Positions 1 through 7,747 of a stretch of 64,000 nucleotides of DNA are shown in pieces (position 1 is the first letter of the stretch; every line of letters begins with the position of its first letter). The DNA is taken from NCBI GenBank assembly GCA_045579505.1, contig JAZNMH010000027.1:11434-75433 (forward strand). Direction: 5' to 3'. The notes under the pieces are model-generated. The model searched no databases and was not told where the DNA came from. It saw only the letters and a list, made by a program, of their open reading frames with translations. The position numbers were made by a program, and so were the translations under genes. The DNA comes from Paludibacteraceae bacterium (lineage in GTDB: Bacteria > Bacteroidota > Bacteroidia > Bacteroidales > Paludibacteraceae).

Positions 1-81
1 TATAGTGCGAGTACCTGCACTAACATTCATTGCTATAGCAGAAGCCATAGTCAAAAGAATCGAAAATAGTAATTTTTTCAT
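1..81 (-). CDS. 5' end only (signal peptide) of a secreted protein gene that runs off the left edge
   Basis: Reverse-strand ATG at 81 gives MKKLLFSILLTMASAIAMNVSAGTRTI. It is open to position 1 and lies 15 nt after the stop of the amylase gene. Confidence 0.3.
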   Translation of the reverse strand, partial: MKKLLFSILLTMASAIAMNVSAGTRTI

Positions 82-95
82 AAGCATATAAATAT

Positions 96-1949
96 TTATT
101 GTTTGTTACCTAATATTGTATAGTTCACCCCCTCGCGGGTAATGAAAAGTTGTCCGTCGTGAATGAATTTACGGGTTTGATTTTCTATTACTGCCTGGTT
201 AACAGCAGTAGAGAAATCATCTTGCGTAATCGCATCGCTGGTGGCAGTGAGGTAGTAATTACCCACCTGAGAGAGATAAATATCGCGCAGTTGTTTGCCC
301 CCTGCATTGTTATTAAATATAAAGTTAGCAGGAAAAACATACACCTCTACGGGAAAATCGAGATATGTAACGCCATTCTTATTGACCGTACCCACAGGTC
401 GAATACCAGGCCAACCGCCCAAAATATCATTTCGACCATTCTCCCACGCATACAGAGCCGTTTGACTCCAACCCGTTTGATTGTTGATATAGATATGGTA
501 GGTAGTAACTGGTGCTGGTGCCATATCGCTAGTATATACATGATACCCTTTGCCCTCCAAATGAATAGTTGAGAAACTATTCAAGCTCACCGTTGTAGTG
601 GCAAAGCCCGAGCCAATCGTCTGACTATCAATCACCCGTTCATACGAGCCCGAACTGACACCTGACAAACGTACATCCACAGGACTATCACTCAAACTGA
701 TGACCACAACCACGCGATTGTCACCTTTCTGCTTTTCGAAGGCGAACACCGAAGAATGATTGGTGGATAATATTCGCGTAGTAGCGCGCTCTGCCGCAGT
801 GCCATCCGCTAAAGCGGGCTGCGTATGCTTGAGTGCTACTAAAGCGCGGATAGTGTTTGCCAAAGGCACATTCACCGTATTCCAATCAATGCTGTTGCGC
901 TCAAAGTAATTCAGAATCTTCGTTTGCCCTATCTCCTGCCCATTATACAACAATGGCATACCGCAAAAAGTGAAGTACATCACAGTCAGCGGAGCCACAT
1001 TATTGCCCACTGCCGTTAGATAATTGCCGCTGAAGTTATTGCCTATATCGTCATGATTGGTGATATAGGCCATACGGCTCATTTGGCTATACTGGTTGGT
1101 GAGCGTAGATAACATAGAGTTGGCGGCATTGATGAGTGCCGAGACATTGTTGCCTTTACCCACAGACTTAATGGCGTCCGCAAAACCCCATGCATAATCA
1201 TAATCAAAACCAGCTGCGAAGAGATTGTTGGAGGAGTTCGACACATTAGGATCAGAGAAATCCGCTTCCGCCAAGAACTCTACGCGTTTGCCACGACTAT
1301 TGTTCTGCAACGCCTCAATGGCACGCTTCAAGAACTTGGCACCAATCCACGTGGATGATACATAATCGCAACGAAAACCGTCTATATCTGCCTGATTCAC
1401 CCAATAAAGCATAGCATCAATCATCGCATCTGCCAAGCCCGTAGAAGACAGAAAGTCCAACTGATATACATCGCCAAAATAAGGCGGAGTCTGAATCACC
1501 TCATTGACACGATGGTAATACTCGGGATGAGCAGACACCCAAGCATGGTCTTTGGCAGTATGGTTAGGTACCCAGTCCAGCCACACCTTCATGCCCAGCT
1601 CGTGCGCCGCAGCCACAAACGACTGTAAATCCGTCATGGTACCATGATGGGGATTCACCGCCTTGTAATCCTTCACAGCATAAGGGCTACCCAACGAACC
1701 TATCTTGCCTACCACACCTCGCGGATAGATAGGCATTAGCCAAATAATATCTATACCCAACTTACGCAACTCAGGCAATCGCTGCTCAGCAGCAGCGAAA
1801 GTGCCTTGAGGCGTAAAGTCATATACATTCAACTCATATATGACGCGATTGTTGTCGGACAATGGCTCCGTATAGTCCACCGTCCATGCGGCAGACAATG
1901 GAGCCACCATCGCCAACAATCCTAATATGAGGAACAAACTCTTTTTCAT
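96..1949 (-). CDS. GH13 alpha-amylase with a C-terminal CBM25/26-like starch-binding module and a short C-terminal sorting motif
   Basis: 617 aa with a signal peptide. GH13 conserved regions are present: GIDIIWLMPIYP, DWVPNH, DGFRCDY, EFLAEAD, YITNHDD. The C-terminal module reads HIYINNQTGW..LYAWE..GGWPG, and the tail reads KFIHDGQLFITREGVNYTILG. Confidence 0.9.
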   Translation of the reverse strand: MKKSLFLILGLLAMVAPLSAAWTVDYTEPLSDNNRVIYELNVYDFTPQGTFAAAEQRLPELRKLGIDIIWLMPIYPRGVVGKIGSLGSPYAVKDYKAVNPHHGTMTDLQSFVAAAHELGMKVWLDWVPNHTAKDHAWVSAHPEYYHRVNEVIQTPPYFGDVYQLDFLSSTGLADAMIDAMLYWVNQADIDGFRCDYVSSTWIGAKFLKRAIEALQNNSRGKRVEFLAEADFSDPNVSNSSNNLFAAGFDYDYAWGFADAIKSVGKGNNVSALINAANSMLSTLTNQYSQMSRMAYITNHDDIGNNFSGNYLTAVGNNVAPLTVMYFTFCGMPLLYNGQEIGQTKILNYFERNSIDWNTVNVPLANTIRALVALKHTQPALADGTAAERATTRILSTNHSSVFAFEKQKGDNRVVVVISLSDSPVDVRLSGVSSGSYERVIDSQTIGSGFATTTVSLNSFSTIHLEGKGYHVYTSDMAPAPVTTYHIYINNQTGWSQTALYAWENGRNDILGGWPGIRPVGTVNKNGVTYLDFPVEVYVFPANFIFNNNAGGKQLRDIYLSQVGNYYLTATSDAITQDDFSTAVNQAVIENQTRKFIHDGQLFITREGVNYTILGNKQ

Positions 1950-1956
1950 CTATAGA

Positions 1957-3105
1957 TTAGAGTTCAGCACCCAAGATATTGAATACGCGGCCATCGCGCA
2001 CAATCATCATCTGACCATTGCGAATCACTTTCTTCGCTTCGCTTTGAGGAGCAACAACAGACTCTACATCGGTATAATTTTCTTCCAGAACTGCATCGCT
2101 CTTCACAGTCACATAGTAATCACGTGCCTCAGTGATATCAAACAACTGACGCATATCCCCTTCAACACCTTCTCCTATATTATTATGGAAAATAAGATGA
2201 TAAGTAGCTACAGCAGACCCCTTTGCTGCTGTGAAAGGATATACCAAATAGGTCAAACCATCTTTTACGACAGTCTCTGTAGCCACCATACCAGGCCATG
2301 TACCAAACACTTCGCTATCGCCCCATGCATACAAGTGGAACGCTGCCCAACCTGTTTGGTTATTAACGTAGAGGTTGTAGTTATCTTTCTCTTGCACTTC
2401 ACCCGTACCATAGGTGCTCCATGTACCCCATGGCTCTTCCCAAGCTGTGATAGTAAACAGGTTTTGATCAGCAGGGATACCTGTTTGTGCACGGTTCCAC
2501 TCGCCTTCCCATATGCCTGTAGTAGCACCCTCAGCTGCTGGGTCTTTGCGCAGGAAAATGATATTAGTCGCATCGTCGCGAATGTCTGCTTTATAGATAG
2601 TGCCTTCTACAAGCGTAAAATGATAGCCCGCAGCATCAGCATCACCTGTATTCCATACCCATGCAGCAAAAATAGGATTGTCGCTTGCCCATACATTGAC
2701 ATCCAAATAGATGGTACGTGTACCACTCTCTACGATAGGAGGTTCTGGATTGGTACCTGCTTCGCGCAAACTGGTAGCATCAGCCACCAGATAGTAGTCG
2801 CCTGCCTCCAGATAGAGGTCGCCCAATTGAGTACCACCACCATTGTTGTTGAAGATGAAGTTAGCTGGGAAAGCGGTGGCATCTACTTGGAAATCCAAAT
2901 AGGTCACTCCGTCTTTCTCCACAGTACCTGCGGCTTGAATGCCAGGCCAGCCGCCTAACACATCAGGTCTGCCATCTGCCCATGCATACAACGCTGTTGC
3001 CTCCCAACCTGTTTGGTTGTCAATGTAGAGATGGTGAGTTGCAGCCATACTTGACATAGCAAGTGCTAATGCTGCCACAAAAAAGAATAATTTTTTCATA
3101 ATCAT
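1957..3105 (-). CDS. Secreted multi-CBM starch-binding protein with no recognised catalytic domain
   Basis: 382 aa with a signal peptide. It has two clear copies of the Y(I/V)xNQTGW..LYAW..GGWPG..TYL..NFIFNN module and a divergent middle module. The tail KVIRNGQMMIVRDGRVFNILG matches the tail of the neighbouring amylase. Confidence 0.75.
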   Translation of the reverse strand: MIMKKLFFFVAALALAMSSMAATHHLYIDNQTGWEATALYAWADGRPDVLGGWPGIQAAGTVEKDGVTYLDFQVDATAFPANFIFNNNGGGTQLGDLYLEAGDYYLVADATSLREAGTNPEPPIVESGTRTIYLDVNVWASDNPIFAAWVWNTGDADAAGYHFTLVEGTIYKADIRDDATNIIFLRKDPAAEGATTGIWEGEWNRAQTGIPADQNLFTITAWEEPWGTWSTYGTGEVQEKDNYNLYVNNQTGWAAFHLYAWGDSEVFGTWPGMVATETVVKDGLTYLVYPFTAAKGSAVATYHLIFHNNIGEGVEGDMRQLFDITEARDYYVTVKSDAVLEENYTDVESVVAPQSEAKKVIRNGQMMIVRDGRVFNILGAEL

Positions 3106-3111
3106 TAAATT

Positions 3112-4458
3112 TTAATTAGCTAATTGATAAATACGATATTCGTATTCGGACAAAGTAGTCACACTGCCCAAAGTGCAAGGCTGTTTGCTCAAGAGGTCAG
3201 TGCCTACTTTGCCTTGGTGCTTCATTGGTAGTTTGACCTGTTGCTCACTCTTGGAGGTGTTGCAAATCACGAGCAAGGTCTTATCGCCTGCCTCGTATTC
3301 GATATAAGGTACATCGCTGTTGAGCGTACCTGTTGATTGTTCACCACCACGTAAGGTGGCGGTAGCATGATAAACACTCATTAACTCGCACAACGCATCG
3401 CGCGTGGTATTCTCCCCCTTAAAGTCTAATAGATTATAGTGGAAGAAATTGATGGTATTCATATACCCCAAATCTTGCGATGAATAGATCATCGGCACTC
3501 CGCCCATGAAAATGGTGAGACAGAAAGCCGACAACTCGCCCTTCGCGGTGCGGAACACCGTAGCAGGAGCCACTTGCGATGTCTCATCGTGGGTCGTCAC
3601 ATAGCGCATACGCTCGCAACCCTTAGGCGTGGACTCATACTCGGACTTGCTGGCAGACAGCAGGGAAGCAAAGGTACCCGTACCTTTATACAAACCCTCA
3701 ATAGCATACATATAACTCCAGCTATAGAGCAGATTAAATCCTGCATTGCACAGGCGCACATCACTGGTCTCTGCGAGCATAATGGCATCTTTCTTGCGTT
3801 TGAAAATCTCTGCATTCACCTTCGTCCAGAAGTCAATGGGTACACCATGTGCATAATCGCAACGATAGCCATCCACATCTGCCTCGTCCACCCAATAAAG
3901 CATAGCCTCTTGCATAGCATCGCATACCGCAGGTTTATTGTAGTTGAGGAAAGTCACATCCGCCCACTGTTGCTCGTCTCCCGTCTGTGGTCCAGTGTAC
4001 CAATCGGGGTGAGCCGAAACCCATGCATTATCCCATGCGGTGTGGTTGCCAATCCAGTCGAGGATGACCTTCATGCCATTCTGATGCGCTTTGCTGACCA
4101 GCGATTGCAAGTCTGCCATCGTACCAAAAGCAGGGTCGATACCCTTAAAATCGCGCACGCAGTAGGGCGAACCAATTGACTTATCGCCTTCACCGCGTGG
4201 GTGAATGGGCATCAGCCAGAGGACATTCACCCCCATCTCCTTCAGGGTTGGGATATATGCCTCTATCGCCGCAAAAGCATCTTGCTCGGCAAAGAGACGC
4301 TCATTACACTCATAAATGACCATCCTATTGGCCTCCACCAGCGGTGTGGGAGGCACTTCGGGTTCTTCACCTTGCGTACCATTGTTGGTGTTGCAGCAGG
4401 CGAATACGCCTGCTACAAGCACCAATAATAGTGATAACATGAAATCTGTCTTTCTCAT
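3112..4458 (-). CDS. GH13 alpha-amylase, probable lipoprotein (SusG/SusA-like role)
   Basis: 448 aa with a lipobox-like VFAC|C. GH13 regions are present: GVNVLWLMPIHP, DWIGNH, DGYRCDY, IMLAETSD, YVTTHDE. There is a 4-nt ATGA overlap with the upstream gene. Confidence 0.9.
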   Translation of the reverse strand: MRKTDFMLSLLLVLVAGVFACCNTNNGTQGEEPEVPPTPLVEANRMVIYECNERLFAEQDAFAAIEAYIPTLKEMGVNVLWLMPIHPRGEGDKSIGSPYCVRDFKGIDPAFGTMADLQSLVSKAHQNGMKVILDWIGNHTAWDNAWVSAHPDWYTGPQTGDEQQWADVTFLNYNKPAVCDAMQEAMLYWVDEADVDGYRCDYAHGVPIDFWTKVNAEIFKRKKDAIMLAETSDVRLCNAGFNLLYSWSYMYAIEGLYKGTGTFASLLSASKSEYESTPKGCERMRYVTTHDETSQVAPATVFRTAKGELSAFCLTIFMGGVPMIYSSQDLGYMNTINFFHYNLLDFKGENTTRDALCELMSVYHATATLRGGEQSTGTLNSDVPYIEYEAGDKTLLVICNTSKSEQQVKLPMKHQGKVGTDLLSKQPCTLGSVTTLSEYEYRIYQLAN

Positions 4459-5942
4459 TTCGCTGGCAATTGTGCTACGAGGCTCAGTGGTGTAACCTCT
4501 GTGTCTGTCACTTTGATATAGTACGCATTGGTTGTCTCAGCCGCTTTGACATTATAGTCAGCCAATTGTGAACCCGCATTATTGTTGAAAATGAGATTGA
4601 ACTCATCGCCTACATATCCGCTAATCTGAGTATGCAACAATGGCAGGTTGAGCATAGCCACTTGCTCCATATCTGCTACCACAGCACCTGGCCAACCGCC
4701 AAAGACCTCCTTGCTACCCCATGCATAAAGATTGAGCGGGGTAAGGGTCACGGTCGCATTGTAAATATAAAGGTCGATAACGGCTTCCTCCTTTGGCTCT
4801 ACAGGCTGCGCCAGAGGGTCAAACCATACCACATCACCAGGATTAGCAGGGTCCTCAATGAGTTGAGCACCTCCGCTGGTGAGGTAGAGATAAATATTCT
4901 CGCCAATGGTGTAAGCATAATCTGCCAACTGGTTAGAACCATTGTTGCTGAAAATAAGATTCTCATTCAATCCTGTATTGGCTTCGCCCATATCGAAGTA
5001 CATATAGGTGTAATCGCCTATTTTCTCAGTGCCGGTCACAACCATACCTGGCCAACCGCCATTCAGGTCATTCACTTCGCCCCACATATAGAGGGTGGTG
5101 TTCATACCCCACTCCATACCGTCCAAAATATATACAGCTGCACCATCGTGCTCAATGGTATTTTCCATATTGAGTTCCTCAATCGCACCCTCAGCGGTGA
5201 TATGCAAGTAAAGCGGTTCGCTGCTGGTGAGTACCACTGGACCATAATCCGCCAATTGGTTGCTACCATTGTCGGAGAAGATCAGTGTCTCGCTCAGACC
5301 TTCGTTGTCTGCACCTATATCGAAGTACTTGAGTTCCATGCCGTTGACTTTCTCCGTGCCAGTCACAGCCATACCTGGCCAACCGCCATTCAGGTCATTC
5401 ACATCACCCCACATATAGAGGTTCAGCTGACCAAAGCCACTCTCATCGAGTACATATACCACAGGTCCATCGTGCTGCACTTGCTCCTCATCGCTTGCGA
5501 AATAGGATGCCCAACGGTCTGCCCAGATATTGTACATCTGACCCACATTAGCGGTCAAGCTGTGCGTAGCTGGTTCGCCCTTAATGGTGTATTCCAGACC
5601 CGACTTCTTGCTCACAAAGCTGAAGCCATCAGCCAATGTCTTGCCATCCACAAAGTCGCCAGGGAAGAGGTAAATGCCCCACTTCTTGTCAGAGAGTTCG
5701 GCTTTCTCCAACTGCCATGCCACATTGCCAATAACGGACTTCTCGTCCATGCCGTTGAAGGCTCCGATAATATAGATCTCCTCATCCACAGCGGTGCCGA
5801 TAGGAGCAATAAGTTCAAGGAGAATAGCATTTTCCAAGGTAGCAAACTGTTGTTGCTCGTGGTCAAATACTATTTGTTCCTGTTGGCAGCTTGCAAACAA
5901 CAATGCTATGCATGCCATCATAGAAATTATATACCTTTTCAT
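4455..5942 (-). CDS. SusE/SusF-like outer-membrane starch-binding lipoprotein with three CBM-like repeats
   Basis: 495 aa with lipobox LLFASC. It has repeated LYMWG(D/E)VNDLNGGWPGM..TGTEK..LIFS(D/N)NGSNQLADY modules. It sits directly downstream of the SusC/SusD pair. Confidence 0.7.
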   Translation of the reverse strand: MKRYIISMMACIALLFASCQQEQIVFDHEQQQFATLENAILLELIAPIGTAVDEEIYIIGAFNGMDEKSVIGNVAWQLEKAELSDKKWGIYLFPGDFVDGKTLADGFSFVSKKSGLEYTIKGEPATHSLTANVGQMYNIWADRWASYFASDEEQVQHDGPVVYVLDESGFGQLNLYMWGDVNDLNGGWPGMAVTGTEKVNGMELKYFDIGADNEGLSETLIFSDNGSNQLADYGPVVLTSSEPLYLHITAEGAIEELNMENTIEHDGAAVYILDGMEWGMNTTLYMWGEVNDLNGGWPGMVVTGTEKIGDYTYMYFDMGEANTGLNENLIFSNNGSNQLADYAYTIGENIYLYLTSGGAQLIEDPANPGDVVWFDPLAQPVEPKEEAVIDLYIYNATVTLTPLNLYAWGSKEVFGGWPGAVVADMEQVAMLNLPLLHTQISGYVGDEFNLIFNNNAGSQLADYNVKAAETTNAYYIKVTDTEVTPLSLVAQLPAK

Positions 5943-5955
5943 AATCGTATATATA

Positions 5956-7743
5956 TTAATAGTTAGGATTTTGTTGTAATTCTGGGTTTACACTCAATGC
6001 ACTTGCTGGCAAAGGGAACCACTCATATTTGCGGTCACGCTTAGCAGGGTAGCTAACGCCGTCATCCGATGTGCGGCCGAAGAACCACCACTGTCCTTGG
6101 GTAAACTTGTCAAAACGGCGCAAGTCGGTACGGCGACGACGACCCTCGCTGAGGAACTCTTGTCCCCATTGGTCGAGCATCCAAATCTCGTCAATGGTAT
6201 TGATACGACCATAGTCCTTAGCATCCGCCTCGTTCTTGAAGTAGCGTTTGCGCACTTGGAGTACCAATTGCTCAGCAGCTGGCGCATCGCCTGCACGCAG
6301 TTTACATTCTGCCAATGTGTAATATACCTCTGCCCAACGGAACTCCACATCGTCGATATCTTGGAAGTCCTTGCCTTCGGTCTCTGGATAGATAGGGTAA
6401 CGCACCAGACGCACACCTGAGTTGGTTTGTCCCCAACGAGGCGACATCACGGGCTCCAAGTCGCGACCGATAGTCGTTGCACCGGGGAATTGACCCACTT
6501 GGTCAGCATAATACAGTTCCATACCATCGCGATCAGCATCTGCCTTCAGCACATCGCCTGTACCCCAAGCGGCACGTTGCAATCCGCGCAAGAAGATACC
6601 ATTGTAGTTGCCATTGTCCCATGTGTAATTGCCTTTGCGAATATCCTTGTCGCTAAAGCGCTCATAGACGGCACCAAGGCGGTCGTTATAAGGAGCATCC
6701 AAGAAGCACACAGCACCCTCTGAATAGCCGTGAGTAGGATTCACAGTACCTGAGTTGTCATAGGAAGGAGCCAAGCAGCAGCAGTTCCATGCCGACTGGG
6801 TAGAAGCAAAATTGAAGTACTCAGAGTAGGTGTACGCCAAGAATGGCATATCGCGCATCCAACCAGCGTTCAATTGTCCGTTCTCCATAGAGAATGCCAT
6901 CACCACCTCAGGACAGGTGTTGTTCTCGATATGATAAATATCGCGATAGTCGTTTGCCAATTGATATGTACCATACTTGCCATCCAAGAGCTCTTGCGCC
7001 AATACGGCACACTCATCAAAGCGTGCTTTACCAGTAAACACTTCACCATTGAGCAACATACGCATCTTGATCATACGGTTAACCGCTTGATTCATGCGGT
7101 TGCGGGTAGCATGGCTACCATCCTCCTGAGGAAGGTCTGCATAGCATGCATCCAGCTCGCTGCAAATGAAGTCATAGACTTTCTCACAACCTTTTTGGAA
7201 GTCCTTATCTGCTGAACCAGGGATCTCACCACCTTGTGCGGTGTACAATGGAATAGCACCACCCCACAATTCGAAGCAGTTGTAGTATGCCCACGCACGC
7301 AAGGTGCGTACCTCTGCTATATATGCATTGAGTTTCTCCTCTGTCATACCCAGAGAAGCAGCCTCCAAACGCTCAAAGTCGCCCAGCAGCGTGTTGCACA
7401 AACCAATGGTGGACCAAGCGGTCTCCCATGTAGAGCGAATAATCTTAGACTCTGCTGTCCATGTGTGGGTAGAGAGCACGGTCTTCTCGCCCTCATCATA
7501 GCCCCACAAACCGCCGTTCCATACACGCCAAACGACTTGGTCGGCAGAAAATTCATTCAGGTACCAGAAGTACTCCAGGTAGCTCATAGCTGCATTGCCG
7601 TAGATGGCAGCCACAGCGCCTTTGACAGATGCCTCGTTCTGGTAATATACGGTGGCATCTATGCGGTCGAACACTTGCTCATTCATGTCGCATCCTACCA
7701 ATGCGAAGGCAAAGAATAGGATAATATATGTGATCTTTTTCAT
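5956..7743 (-). CDS. susD: SusD-like (RagB/SusD family) nutrient-binding outer-membrane lipoprotein
   Basis: 595 aa with lipobox ALVGC. It has SusD-type TPR-like sequence (RTLRAWAYYNCFELWG, YYTLAECKLRAG, EFLSEGRRRTDLRRF) and lies immediately downstream of the SusC-like gene. Confidence 0.9.
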   Translation of the reverse strand: MKKITYIILFFAFALVGCDMNEQVFDRIDATVYYQNEASVKGAVAAIYGNAAMSYLEYFWYLNEFSADQVVWRVWNGGLWGYDEGEKTVLSTHTWTAESKIIRSTWETAWSTIGLCNTLLGDFERLEAASLGMTEEKLNAYIAEVRTLRAWAYYNCFELWGGAIPLYTAQGGEIPGSADKDFQKGCEKVYDFICSELDACYADLPQEDGSHATRNRMNQAVNRMIKMRMLLNGEVFTGKARFDECAVLAQELLDGKYGTYQLANDYRDIYHIENNTCPEVVMAFSMENGQLNAGWMRDMPFLAYTYSEYFNFASTQSAWNCCCLAPSYDNSGTVNPTHGYSEGAVCFLDAPYNDRLGAVYERFSDKDIRKGNYTWDNGNYNGIFLRGLQRAAWGTGDVLKADADRDGMELYYADQVGQFPGATTIGRDLEPVMSPRWGQTNSGVRLVRYPIYPETEGKDFQDIDDVEFRWAEVYYTLAECKLRAGDAPAAEQLVLQVRKRYFKNEADAKDYGRINTIDEIWMLDQWGQEFLSEGRRRRTDLRRFDKFTQGQWWFFGRTSDDGVSYPAKRDRKYEWFPLPASALSVNPELQQNPNY

Positions 7744-7747
7744 AGCT

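Noticed and set aside
1927-2958. Long ORFs antisense to confident genes: 1927-2958(+), 4632-5966(+), 3574-4179(+), 20297-21328(+), 57325-57993(-), 58081-58560(-), 60319-61458(-), and many shorter ones
   Set aside because: Each lies entirely inside a well-supported gene on the other strand. Their products are low-complexity or Cys/His/Arg-rich and match no family. They are typical shadow ORFs of coding DNA with biased third positions.
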